A DNA stretch of 64,000 bases from Octopus bimaculoides (lineage: Eukaryota), in assembly GCF_001194135.2 (NCBI RefSeq), contig NC_068987.1, positions 54,977,268 to 55,041,267 of the forward strand, in the 5' to 3' direction. The position numbers were made by a program, and so were the translations under genes. This document shows positions 11,083 to 23,829 of the stretch, in pieces. Within the stretch, counting starts at the first letter, position 1. The number at the start of each line of letters is the position of its first letter. The notes below the pieces were generated by a model. That model was not told the DNA's origin, ran no database searches, and saw only the letters and a list, made by a program, of their open reading frames with translations.

Positions 11083-11383
11083 GTGGAGGTGCAATGGCCC
11101 AGTGGTGAGGGCAGCGGACTGGCGGTCGGAGGATCGCGGTTTCGATTCCCAGACCGGGCATTGTGTGTGTTTATTGAGCAAAACACCTAAGTTCCACAAG
11201 GCTCCAGCAGGGGGTGGTGGTGATCCCTGTTGTACTCTTTTGCCCCAACTTTCTCTCACTCTTTCTTCCTGTTTCTTGAGTAACGCTGCGATGGACTGGC
11301 ATCCCGTCCAGCTGAAGGGACGGACACATACGCCATGGAAACCGGGCCCATGAGCCTGGCTAGGCTTTGAAAGGGCGACGTAT
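11083..11383 (+). mobile_element. Young tRNA-derived SINE, head A with V-SINE-like tail (gcgatggactggcatcccgtccag)
   Basis: tRNA-like head with A/B-box-like sequences, CpGs intact; flanked by direct repeat gtatttatttaataa (11066-11080 and 11384-11398). Confidence 0.85.
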
Positions 11384-11531
11384 GTATTTATTTAATAAAA
11401 TCCATATGAAATCAACTGTTTGATATATTCATTTGTCAAATACTGACTGAAACACTTAGTAACAAATTCTATAACCAAGATTACCTTGTTCTTGTGTTTT
11501 TTTTAATCTGGTCTTCTGATGTTTTCTGTCT

Positions 11532-12022
11532 TTAACACTTTTAACATTCCAATTACTCTACCTAATATAATGCTTATTCATTTATATTGTTTTAACTTAA
11601 CCCATAAACTGCAATAGGCCACCTCAGTGGCCAACACGACAGTGCGACAGGCCATGGAAATAGCGCATGATCTGACCTAATTTTGATGACATAATGTATG
11701 CACACGATATGCTTTCACCCCAGAAACAGTGTAGCCAATCACAGAAGGTGTTAAGAAACACTGAGTATTTTTTTCGAGTGATAGATTGATGTTGATCTTT
11801 ACCCAAAATAGGCTCAGCAGTTTGTGTTACATACAGCAAAATCCCAGCAGTTTATGGGTTAAGCATTCATTATCGTGTGGCTTCAACACTTCAATGAAGT
11901 GATTGCTTATTTTCAGAATGACATTGTAGGATAGGTGTAAGAGGCTGAATGTAATTGGTTTGAATTTAAAACAAGTAGAATATTTGGGCCAGAAATAGCT
12001 GGTTTAAATGCTAAAGGGTTAA
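11532..12022 (+). mobile_element. Family F TTAA MITE split by a nested element
   Basis: The two halves rejoin to the F consensus across the internal TTAA. Confidence 0.65.
11601..11858. mobile_element. piggyBac-type MITE, 258 bp, perfect 12-bp TIR CCCATAAACTGC, TTAA TSD
   Basis: ttaa (11597-11600) cccataaactgc ... gcagtttatggg ttaa (11859-11862); subterminal palindrome ggccac-ctca-gtggcc. Confidence 0.9.
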
Positions 12023-12479
12023 TCCCTAGTTTCACAATGTTTCTGTGGAAAAGCATTGCCTTTGTTTCAGTTAATTTTGAAAATCATTAATCTATTAAAA
12101 TAAATAATATTTGGAACATAAATTAGCATGAAATTTTGATAGCAGGTTTTAATTTAGATCACTTTAAAACAGGGAATTTGTATTGTAGAAATGATGGCAT
12201 TTTCAGGTAGGTTGAGATCAAACTGGTTATGAGGCCAACATCCCATCTTGTTGCAGAAATGTCAGGAAACAAGTTGATCTATGACACTGGTACATGACAG
12301 CATCCATTAGAGTGATATGGATGAGTGTTGTGCTTGTCAATGAATTTACAGCTGTATCTACTAACTGTATCTTTATTTTAATTTGATCAGATTGATTTCC
12401 TTATACACACATTCCAAGAGGGCTAATGTATTTGTGTTCAACCCAATTGTAGTTAACTATTTATGCAGATGGTTTCAGA

Positions 12480-12835
12480 TTCTGTCATACTGTGCGGTAC
12501 CTTGAGCAAATCTCTTTTATAATAGCCTTGAGCTGATCAAAGTCTTGTGAGCGACTTTGGTAGGAGGAACCCTGTCATATGTATGTGTGTGTGTGTGTGT
12601 GTTTCTTTGCCTTGACATTACATGATAGTTGTAAACAAGCATCCCTGTCACACATGCAGTTACTTTTGTTAACAGTCTTCTGTGAAAAAGCTGTTTAGCC
12701 ATGGGAAAGTATTACGTTGCTTGAAAATTGAAGGTTGGTGACAAGAAGTACAGCTGGCCATAGAAAATTTTTCTCAATAAATTCCATCTGACTCATGCAA
12801 GCATGGAAAAGTGGACATTATTATGACAACGATGG
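12480..12835 (+). mobile_element. SINE family D2
   Basis: (TG)n body and tail ending gcaagcatggaaaagtggacatta. Confidence 0.65.
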
Positions 12836-13384
12836 TCAATGTATTTTTGTTATTGTCTCACTTCATGCCTGATGAATTCATCATATGATCAAAGACTTTT
12901 CAGCTGTGAGCATCTACTCACTTTATATATTTAGTACTAAATTGTCCAGGTTGTAATTTGAGTGAAATTTAGCTGCTATTTCTCTCTGAACAAGTAACTA
13001 GAGATTCTCTCATTGGTTCCATACACTGTGATGTAAAGTAGTTGTGTAATAATATAGAAGTACTATTACACTGCTACATTAACTAGTACCATACTATGTT
13101 ATCTTTTACTTCATTTAGCTTCATTCAATGAACTGTGGCCTTGCTGGAGCATCACTTTGAAGAGTTTAGTTGAACAAATTGAACTCTTCTTTTTAAGTCT
13201 GGTATTTATTTATTCTGCTAGTCTCTTTTGCCAAACCACTAATGTGCATAGAATATAAAGATACCAACACCAGTTGTTAAGCAGTGTTGGAGGGACAAAA
13301 AAAAAAACCAACTTTTTTTACATATATGTGCATGTTAACTGATGATGTTGTCTGTCTGTCTGTTTCTCTATCTCTATCTATCTG

Positions 13385-13600
13385 CATTTGACGTCCGTTT
13401 CCCAGGCTGGCTTGGGTTAAATAGTTTGGTCAAAGCTGGAGAGCCGCACCAGGCTCCAGTCTGATTTGACATGGTTTCTATGCCTGGATGCCCTTCCTAA
13501 TGCCATCCGCTTTACAGTGTGCCCTGGCTGCTTCTACATGTTTCCAGCACAAGCACTTTTATGTGGCACTGACATGAGTTTTTTTTTATGTGGTACCAGC
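13385..13600 (-). mobile_element. RTE 3'-UTR-derived short retroposon (family C)
   Basis: Reverse complement contains ggaagggcatcc...ccaacccatg...ggacgttaaa, as at 49320-49602. Confidence 0.65.
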
Positions 13601-14259
13601 ACAGGACTTTAGCTGGCTAAATTTCCATCCACCAAGTTTTCCCAAAATGCATTATTTGGTCCAGAACTACATTCCAAGACACTTGCCAAATGTCTCACAC
13701 AGTGGGAATGAACCTGAAGCCATATGGCTACCAAAGCAATCTTCTTAACCACACAGCCTTGCCTGTGCTTATACTAATAATGTGTAATTGTATAGGAGTA
13801 AATTATAATTTAATGTAAGTACTAGGTGTGGTTTCAGTGTTTTCATACCTCCATAAGCAATGCGTTGCCAAAAAACATATAATGAGCCAAACAAAAACGA
13901 CTTTCATTATTTTGTTATATCAAACCATCCTGGTTTCAAATCCTATTAGGATCAATTTTGCCTTGCATCTTATCTCTACAGACCATGTAAAGCAACTAAT
14001 AGTAATGTTCTAGGATTTGATTCACTAGACTAAGACTACACATTCCTTTTCTCTCACTATGTGGCGTTGTGAAATAGATGCATATTGATATTTTTATGCT
14101 TCAAATGGGTATTTGTTTATATTACGCTTGAATTCTGAAGCTATAGACACAGGTGTATATGTGGTGGTGGTGATATGGCTGCTATTACTAGCAGTTTTGA
14201 TGACCATGTAGAAACTTTCTTGTTGGTTTTGATGTTGACCAACTGAAATCTCATATTGT

Positions 14260-14454
14260 CTCTTTTACTTGTTTCAGTCATTTGACTGCGGCCATGCTGG
14301 AGCACCACCTTTAGTCGAGCATATCGACCCCAGGACTTATTCTTTGTAAGCCTAGTACTTGTTCTATCGGTCTCTTTTTGCCGAACCACTAAGTTACGGG
14401 GATGTAAACACACCAACATCGATTGTCAAGCGATGATGGAGGACAAACACACAC

Positions 14455-14485
<31 letters not shown>

Positions 14486-14634
14486 CGACAGGCTTCTTTC
14501 AGTTTCCGTCTACCAAATCCACTCACAAGGCTTTGGTCAGCCCGAGGCTACAGTAGATGACACTTGCCCAAGGTGGGACTGAACCCGAAACTATATGGTT
14601 GGTAAGCAAGCTACTTAGCACACAGCCACTCCTG
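14260..14634 (-). mobile_element. Near full-length SINE family D1
   Basis: Head caggagtggctgtgt..., internal (TA)/(TG) tract, tail gcagtcaaatgactgaaacaagtaaaagag; close to 31955-32342. Confidence 0.85.
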
Positions 14635-15397
14635 TTGTTAGTAATTCTAATTTTGAGGAGAGAGGGGAAGCAAGTTGATTACATCAACCCCAGTGTTTGG
14701 TTGCTACTTTATTTTATTGATCCCCAGAGGGATGAAAGGCAGTGTTGACTTTAGCAGGAATGAACTCAGAATGCATAGAGCTGGAAGGAATAGTGCTAAG
14801 CATTTTTTGTCCAGTAGTCTAATAACTGTCACCTCAAAACAAATGACCTTTGTCCAAGGAACCAAATAATTGGACAGAGCCCAGGAACTTTGTGGTTGCA
14901 ATTAATGTTACAATTTATAATAAATACAAGTAAACAGGGACTGAAGTTTGCTTTGTAACAATGCAGTTTCAGGTTTGATTCCACATCACAGAACCTTGTA
15001 GACAAAGTTTTGTTCATTTTCCTTTCAATTCATTTAGTCATATATTTTTCCAAGACCTTTGCGATTGGGGAGAAGAGAAAGTTATCCTTAGATCAGAGAC
15101 TTAGCCTCAGTGTATGCAGCAAAGTGGACACTGCTGAATGCATCCAAGAATCACATAGTGAAGGTGGTGGTGGTGTTAAACTTGACAGCAGATCAATTCT
15201 ACAAGTAAAAAAAAAAAAAAATATGAATAGCCCATCTGATGTGCATCTGTACCATATCTATCTACAATACACTCATTTGGTGTTCCTTGTTGAGTGCAGT
15301 GACACAGTTGTCAATGGAGATAAACTCATGAAAACTCATAACACCCACCCACACATACGTGCATATGTATATACATGTATGTGAATATATATACATA

Positions 15398-15438
<41 letters not shown>

Positions 15439-15439
<1 letters not shown>

Positions 15440-15562
15440 ATGTAGGTACATATATATTCATATGCATATATTGTGTATGTATATATGTTTGTGTGTGTGT
15501 GTGTGTGTATATATATATGTAGGTACATATATATATGCATGTTTATATTCATATGCATATAT

Positions 15563-15593
<31 letters not shown>

Positions 15594-15840
15594 GTCTGTA
15601 GGTACATATATATGCATGTATATATTCATATGCATATATTGTGTGTATATGTATCTATATATATGTAGGTACATATATATATGCATGTATATATTCATAT
15701 GCATATATTGTGTATGTGTGTGTATATATGTTGGTATGTGTAGGTACATATTTATGCAAGTATATATTCATATGCATATATTGTGTATGTATATATGTAT
15801 GTAGGTACATATATATGCATGTATATATTCATATGCATAT

Positions 15841-15912
<72 letters not shown>

Positions 15913-15920
15913 CATATATA
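15439..15920. repeat. Minisatellite, ~8 units of ~55-65 bp (atgtaggtacatatatatgcatgtatatattcatatgcatatattgtgt...), embedded in (CT)n/(TG)n/(TA)n
   Basis: The anchor gtaggtacata recurs at roughly 60-bp spacing. Confidence 0.85.
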
Positions 15921-16775
15921 TGGTGTGATACACACATAAACAGTAATAGTTTTTGTTTTGCACTTGTTCTCCATGGATTAAACAAATTGACTTGACCCTG
16001 ATGAGTAGATGCTACCTCTGTCAAACATTATGTGAGTGAGATATTCTTAAGATGTGTTTGTCGGTAATCCTTTAATCCATTGCCAGTTTGTTATAGCAGA
16101 TATTATGTCAGAACGTCATTTCTATTATTGTTTTGATTCTGTTCAGCTTAAAAAATTTTTTTTCTTTGTTGTGTCAAGTAGACAGTTGTCATGTTGAAAG
16201 TGTGGTGCAGAGATAAGTTTTTTTTGCAGTTAGTTATCACTATATATATATATATATATATNNNNNNNNNNNNNNNNNNNNNNNNNNNNNNNNNNNNNNN
16301 NNNNNNNNNNNNNNNNNNNNNNNNNNNNNNNNNNNNNNNNNNNNNNNNNNNNNNNNNNNNNNNNNNNNNNNNNNNNNNNNNNNNNNNNNNNNNNNNNNNN
16401 NNNNNNNNNNNNNNNNNNNNNNNNNNNNNNNNNNNNNNNNNNNNNNNNNNNNNNNNNNNNNNNNNNNNNNNNNNNNNNNNNNNNNNNNNNNNNNNNNNNN
16501 NNNNNNNNNNNNNNNNNNNNNNNNNNNNNNNNNNNNNNNNNNNNNNNNNNNNNNNNNNNNNNNNNNNNNNNNNNNNNNNNNNNNNNNNNNNNNNNNNNNN
16601 NNNNNNNNNNNNNNNNNNNNNNNNNNNNNNNNNNNNNNNNNNNNNNNNNNNNNNNNNNNNNNNNNNNNNNNNNNNNNNNNNNNNNNNNNNNNNNNNNNNN
16701 NNNNNNNNNNNNNNNNNNNNNNNNNNNNNNNNNNNNNNNNNNNNNNNNNNNNNNNNNNNNNNNNNTTATTCATTC

Positions 16776-17565
16776 ACATTGATTTGCTATTGATCATGCA
16801 TTATCTTGTAGCTTTGAGATTTCAATGATGCGATTGTTTATTTTTAGAATGACATTGTAGGGTAGACATGAGGAGATGGATCTGGCAGGTTTGTATGTAA
16901 CATAAACAGGTAGAATATTTGAGCTGAATATGGTCAGTATAAATACTAAAGTGTTAACCTGTTTTTAGCATATTTTTCTTGAAATACACTTTTTATTTAA
17001 TCTGATTTTAATAAAATAATGAAGGATTTAGTAAAATAATTCTATCATTTTTAGTCATTTTTAGTCATTTTATCATTCAGATTATTCTGTCCAGTGCAAT
17101 GCTTATTTATTGACATTGTTTTGAATTAATCATGCATTATTTCATAGGTTCAAGATTTTGATATTGGGGTAGTTTATTTTAGAATGGACATTGCATGGTA
17201 GGTGTGAGGGGCCAGATCTTGAGTGTTTGAACATAAAACATGTAGAATATTTGGGCCGGATATCGCTGGTTTGAATGCTGAAGAGTTAAACTGATGTCTG
17301 AAGCAAATCATTATGAAATTTTAATCTAGATTACTTTAATACTAATGCATTTAGATTACTCTGTCGAATATGATGCTTATTTATTCACATTTTGTTTTGA
17401 GATAATCATGCATTGTCTCATAGCTTTGAAATTTCAATGATGTGATTGTTTATATTTAGAATGACATTGTAGAGTAGGTGTGAGAGGCTAGATCTAGCTA
17501 GTTTGAACATAAAACAGGTAGAATATTTGGGCTGTATATGGTTAGTTTGAATGCTAAAGGTTTAA
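16776..17565 (+). mobile_element. Three consecutive family F TTAA MITEs
   Basis: Units at ~16776-16956, 17056-17290 and 17336-17563, each ending in an aatgctaaagggttaa-like TIR. Confidence 0.75.
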
Positions 17566-17747
17566 ATCAGGAAGATTGTATCATGGTACCAGAGGCAGTC
17601 TCGTGGAAGTTGATATCAAAAAGGTTACCCATTTTTTGACAATGTTTTTAATCTGCTCTACATACGAATTAATTTTTCAAATTGTTGGTTAAGGCATTTG
17701 TATTTCTGTTGGTTAAAGCATTTGTATTTCTGGTAATTGTTGATTAA

Positions 17748-18132
17748 GTGGAGGCACAATGGCCCAGTGGTTAGGGCAGCGGACTCGCAGTCATAGGATC
17801 GCGGTTTCGATTCCTAGATCGGGTGTTGTGAGTGTTTATTGAGCGAAAACACCTAAAGCTCCACGAGGCTCCGGCAGGGGATGGTGGCGAACCCTGCTGT
17901 ACTCCTTCACCAAAACTTTCTCTCACTCTTACTTCCTGTTTCTGTTATGCCTGTAATTCAAAGGGTCAGCCTTGTCACACTGTGTCACGCTGAATATCCC
18001 CGAGAACTACGTTAAGGGTACACGTGTCTGTGGAGTGCTCAGCCACTTGCACGTTAATTTCACGAGCAAGCTGTTCCATTGATCCGATCAACTGGAACCC
18101 TCAACGTCGTAAGCGACGGAGTGCCAACAACG
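17748..18132 (+). mobile_element. Young full-length tRNA-derived SINE, head A with tail B (Deu/Nin-domain-like; probably an octopus OR-type SINE)
   Basis: 12-bp TSD attgttgattaa (17736-17747 and 18133-18144); highly similar to 26793-27182. Confidence 0.9.
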
Positions 18133-18864
18133 ATTGTTGATTAACTCAGGTCATGAAGAATGGCATTCCAATGGAAAACATACTATCTTTTATTCAAATA
18201 TTTTATTCAATGTACATTTCATTTTTAAGATAGTACTGTATGATTTGAGGGAGAGTAACATGCTATTTTTAGCAAGCTGAGTGATTATGTAGAAGCTCAT
18301 AGTAGTGGCAGTAGGTTGATAAAACAGGCTCAGATTAGATTCTGAGATTAAGATTAGCTGCATTTATATTGGAAATATTTTCCAGTTTTATCAACTTGCC
18401 ACATATCACATACATCTGTGCAGAACTGGAAATCATACCTTTATCCTCAATATTCCTTAATATTTCTTCTAAGATATACATATAATCATAATTACTATAT
18501 GGAAGTTGTGTGGATTTTTTAAAAAGTAATTATTTTCTGGATTTCTAGATATACTACTTCAGTTAATCTAACTTCCATCTTTGGTGAGATGAAATCCTAA
18601 AACATACACACACATACTTTTTTTCATGTAATTCCCTTACATAAATAAATATGTATCAACATAGTTTTAACATCCACTTTTCCATGCTTGCACAGGTTGT
18701 ATGTTGTTTATCGAGGTAAATTTTCTAGGCTTGGATGCACTTCTTATCACCAACTGTTACCCGTTTCTAAGCAAGGTAATATTTTCTTATGGCTAGACAT
18801 GTTCTGATAGAATATTGCAAATAAATGACATTCATTTATAATAATGCGATATCATGACAAGGAG

Positions 18865-19201
18865 ATACATGCATGCATACATACATACATACACACATAC
18901 TTGCAAACATATGCACACACAGTTGTAAACATGCACACACACATTTGCAAATATGCATGAATTTGCAAACATGTGCACACAATTTTCAAACATATGCACA
19001 CACACTTGCAAACACATGCACACACACTCACAAATGTACACACATGCAAAAATACATACACACTCGCTTGCTCACAAACACACTCACTTGCAAACACAAA
19101 CTCGCAAACACACGCACTCACTCACTCGCAGGCGCACACTCACTCGCAGGTGCACTCACTCATAAGCGCATTCACTTGCAAACATACATACATGCTCACA
19201 A

Positions 19202-19250
<49 letters not shown>

Positions 19251-19330
19251 AACGCACACACGCACAAATGTATACATACCCACACCCATACACACTCGCA
19301 AACCTACATACGCACACATACACACACCCG
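18865..19330. repeat. Degenerate (CA)n / cacttgcaaacac low-complexity tract
   Basis: Directly visible; source of the HT-rich ORFs. Confidence 0.85.
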
Positions 19331-19924
19331 CCTGAAAACATACGTTTCCTTGTCTCGACAAGCCTAGTTGTAAACGAGCATCAGTGTCATGCAAGTGACA
19401 TCTTTCATTTCTAGTCTTCTGTGAAAACGTGTCTTGGTCATAGGGAAATATCTTGCTTAGAAAATAGTTGTGGGTTGGTGACAAGAAGGGCATCTGACAG
19501 AAAATCTGACTTGTGCAAGTATGGAAATATGGACATTAAAATGATGGAGATTGTGATGGTCTTGTCAATAACAGTTTCTTCACACTTGATAATGTTCTCT
19601 TTTCAAGACTTGTCTAAATGAACATGAATTATCGATTAATAAAAGAACAAAGGAAAGCAAGTGTTAAATATTTTAACTTTTGTTACCAAGAACAACGATA
19701 ATGGAACTCAAGACGCTTGTTTGTTAACAGAATAATTTAATACTCAACAAGTTCAATACTGAAATTTCACTAGTCTTCTTATCTAAAGTGTTACTATTAT
19801 AACATTGTCTTTGTGGTTCTCACTAAGATATATAAATGAGGCAATGGACTACAGTAATTATTGCAGGTTCAGGATATATATCATCAATGACAGATAAGCA
19901 ATAGAGATGCTTGTTTTTTTTTGC

Positions 19925-20290
19925 TTGTTTTAGTCATTGGACTGCGGCCATGCTGGGGCATTGTTTTAAAGGGTTCAGTTGAACGTATCACCTCTAGTAC
20001 TTGTTTTTAAGGTCTGATACTTATTCTGTTGGTCACTTTTACCAAACCACTAAGTCATTGGGACATAAACAAACCAATACCAGTTGTCAAGTGGTTCGTG
20101 CATTGTGGGGTGGGACACACACACACACACATGACAAGCTTGTTTTAGTTTCCATCTACCAAATACACTCAAAGGTTTGGTTGACTCAAGGCTATAGTAG
20201 AAAGCTTTTTCCTGAAGTGCCACTCAGTGGGACTGAACCCAGAATCATATGGTTGAGGAGTAAACTTCTTACAACACAGTCACACTTAAT
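19925..20290 (-). mobile_element. SINE family D1, older copy
   Basis: Aligns to 14260-14634. Confidence 0.75.
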
Positions 20291-20651
20291 ATGTGGTTTC
20301 CTGCTACAAATAATGGCCAAATTTGTCTTGCGTCTTATTGATACAGTGTATGGTGTGGTTTTAAATACCATGTATAGAAGAAAGAAATGGAAAAAATGGT
20401 TGGTCAGGCTTAGGTTAAATACTTCTGATCATAGGTTTACTTGCTCAAGTTTGATCTTAAGGTCAACCAAACTATTGCTGTGGCATCTACCGTATTTTTC
20501 TGCAAAGATGAGTCGATGAAGAAGCCCTCGCGCATTTGTTCAGCTTGTTAGAAGTAGTTCTCTCTCAAATTACTGCCTCCTAACTGTCTTACAAAATCAA
20601 ATAGTATAGTCTTAGATACGCTAAAATAAATAATATATATAAAAATAAGTT

Positions 20652-20775
20652 ACGACGGGCTTCTTTCCGTTTCCGTCTACTAAATCCACTCACAAGTCTT
20701 TGGTCGGCCCGAGGCTATAATAGAAGTCACTTGCCCAAGGTGCCACGCAGTGGGACTGAACCTGGAACCATGTGG
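20652..20775 (-). mobile_element. SINE family D head, young, truncated
   Basis: tacgacgggcttctttccgtttccgtctac...gggactgaacctggaaccatgtgg with CpGs intact. Confidence 0.8.
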
Positions 20776-21702
20776 TTTTTTTTTTTTTTTTTTTAATGTG
20801 TCATAATAGTTGTAGATAGTGCCGTTTCATGCTTGTTATGGGCTGCTCAGTACAACATTACATGGGATCATGAAAGTGGTTGAGCTATAGTCATTTGAAG
20901 CCTTTTAGAATTCTACACAATCAATTTTCTTTTNNNNNNNNNNNNNNNNNNNNNNNNNNNNNNNNNNNNNNNNNNNNNNNNNNNNNNNNNNNNNNNNNNN
21001 NNNNNNNNNNNNNNNNNNNNNNNNNNNNNNNNNNNNNNNNNNNNNNNNNNNNNNNNNNNNNNNNNNNNNNNNNNNNNNNNNNNNNNNNNNNNNNNNNNNN
21101 NNNNNNNNNNNNNNNNNNNNNNNNNNNNNNNNNNNNNNNNNNNNNNNNNNNNNNNNNNNNNNNNNNNNNNNNNNNNNNNNNNNNNNNNNNNNNNNNNNNN
21201 NNNNNNNNNNNNNNNNNNNNNNNNNNNNNNNNNNNNNNNNNNNNNNNNNNNNNNNNNNNNNNNNNNNNNNNNNNNNNNNNNNNNNNNNNNNNNNNNNNNN
21301 NNNNNNNNNNNNNNNNNNNNNNNNNNNNNNNNNNNNNNNNNNNNNNNNNNNNNNNNNNNNNNNNNNNNNNNNNNNNNNNNNNNNNNNNNNNNNNNNNNNN
21401 NNNNNNNNNNNNNNNNNNNNNNNNNNNNNNNNNNNNNNNNNNNNNNNNNNNNNNNNNNNNNNNNNNNNNNNNNNNNNNNNNNNNNNNNNNNNNNNNNNNN
21501 NNNNNNNNNNNNNNNNTTTTTTTTTTAGCATATAATTTTGTTTCTTTATCTAGATTTCTCAAATGAAAGCTTGCATATCAACAATGTGTTTTTTTCACCT
21601 TCTACAGTTGAGAAGTAAATAAAGCGGCTTGCACTAAAATATTGGTTCATTATGATTCAAAAGTCACAGAAGGCTTGAATGATAAATGTCTGGATATGCA
21701 TC

Positions 21703-21735
<33 letters not shown>

Positions 21736-21744
21736 CTCTCTCTT

Positions 21745-21789
<45 letters not shown>

Positions 21790-21794
<5 letters not shown>

Positions 21795-22210
21795 GTAAGA
21801 AGTTTGCTTCCCAGCCTTATGGTTCTGGGTTTAGTCCCTTTGTAAGGCACCTTTGGCAAGTGCCTTCTGCTATAGACCCTGATCGACCATAGCTTTGTGA
21901 GTAGGTTTGGTAGACAGAAGCTGAAAGGAGCCACATGCATGCGTACACAGATATGTGTATGTGTGTGATTATGTATGTGTGTGTGTTACTGTTTCCTTGT
22001 CTTGACAGAGTGCGATAGTTGTAAAATGAGTGTCACTGGCATACAAATAGCATCATTCATTTCCGATCCTCCATGAAAACTTGTCTGGCTATGGGGAAAT
22101 ATTACCTTATTTGGAACTGGTGAAGGTTGGCAACAGGAGGAGCATCCAGCCATAGAAAATTTGCCTCAGTGAATTCTATCCAATGCATGCAAGCATGGAA
22201 AAGAGGACAT
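21790..22210 (+). mobile_element. SINE family D2, near full length
   Basis: Head, (TG)n and RTE-type tail ending gcaagcatggaaaagaggacatt. Confidence 0.75.
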
Positions 22211-22439
22211 TAACCCTTTTGATACCAACACGGCTGAAACAGCCTCTGGCTCTGTAGTACAAATGTCGTGTTTTCAAAAGTTCTGAATTAAAATCTTCCA
22301 CCAAATCTTAGTCACAATTTATGTTCCTAACACTAGCTTAATGATAACTAAGTTATTTTACTAAATTCTTTGTTATATTTCAAATTAATTGAAAGAAACA
22401 GAGAGCATCTCAACAGAAATATGGTAACAAAAGGGTTAA
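22210..22439 (+). mobile_element. Full-length family G piggyBac-like TTAA MITE
   Basis: ttaacccttttgatacc ... ggtaacaaaagggttaa. Further partial copies near 8055, 10010, 12110(-), 25980, 27370(-), 29690, 48290, 53760(-), 54800(-) and 60085. Confidence 0.8.
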
Positions 22440-22465
22440 ATTGATTGTATGTGTGTGTGTTTGTG

Positions 22466-22498
<33 letters not shown>

Positions 22499-23277
22499 AC
22501 ACGTGGCATAGTTACAGGTATATGAATGGCTGTGTGGATATAGATTTCACCTCATAGCCAAATGGTCTTGTGTTCTACCCCCCACTATTTGGCTCTTTGG
22601 TTATTGACCAAAGCTTTGTGAGTAAAATTGGTAAATAAAATCTGTATGGAAGCCTGTCCTATATATGTATGTTTGTGTATGCATATGTTTACCTTCTACA
22701 TGTCTGCATAAAACAGTGTAATTGAAGTTGATGTCATGTTCATATCTACCATAAGCAAATACATCCTGTAAGGTGATTGTTTTTGACCTGTGAAGTTAAG
22801 TTGGAGTAAAAAGTACCTTTATATGAAAACCAAGTAATTATTGATGACAGCTAGGGCATCCATTTGTTGAATACTACCCCAGTAAGCCAGCCCACAAACA
22901 ACCATGATACTAATATTATATATCTCTTCATTTGTTTTACGTTCATTATTCTATGCTGGCATGGGTTGGTTGAAAACTTATTGAGGCAGTATTTTATGAT
23001 TGGACACAGTTATATGTTCCTACTTGATATCTTTGGAATGCAGCCGTGAGTCACTAAAGTATGCAAACTAAAAGGTACTAGAGCATAGCACTAACTTAAC
23101 AGATGAATTATCTAGAGAGGCAAAAACATGCTTTTCTATATCTTTACACTTATGTTCATATAGGTTCAGGTATGTAACCTTACAATGTGGCTATATATTA
23201 ATAATAAAAATAATAATATATGCCAACAATTAGTTACTGCTTGAAAAACTAATGAGATGCAGGAATGTATATGTGTG

Positions 23278-23477
23278 TTATTTCTTTACTACCCACAAGG
23301 GGCTACACACAGAGGGGACAAACAAGGACAGACGAACGGATTAAGTTGATAATACCGACCCCAGTGCGTAGCTGGTACTTATTTAATCGACCCCGAAAGG
23401 ATGAAAGGCAAAGTCGACCTCGGTGGAATTTGAACTCAGAACGTAGCGGCAGACGAAATACCGTTAAGCATTTTGCC

Positions 23478-23480
<3 letters not shown>
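23278..23480 (-). mobile_element. Young family E SINE with an alternative tail (ccccttgtgggtagtaaagaaata)
   Basis: E core with intact CpGs; the 3' part differs from the copy at 38300. Confidence 0.8.
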
Positions 23481-23537
<57 letters not shown>

Positions 23538-23829
23538 ACATGTATAGATATACGTATACGTGGGGAGGGTGGGGTGGGATATGTGCAGGGTGTATGTGTA
23601 TGTATCTGCATGTGTGTGGGTCGCATATGCGGGTGTTTATGTGTGTGTCTGTATATATAAATTATATATATATATATACATACACCTGTGTGTGGGTGTG
23701 CATGTGTGTATATATAAATGTATTTAGATGGGTACGTGTATGTATATGTATTTGTAAAATGTGTATATATGAGTGTATGTATGCATGTGGGTATGTATAA
23801 ACAGGAGTAGGGGTGTGGGATCCACCCTC

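Noticed and set aside
11083-11155. tRNA-like sequences at SINE heads (also 17748, 26793)
   Set aside because: They continue into SINE core and tail with TSDs; not tRNA genes.
15262-19493. Many HT-, CV- and YI-rich ORFs
   Set aside because: Translations of (CA)n/(TG)n/(TA)n micro- and minisatellites.
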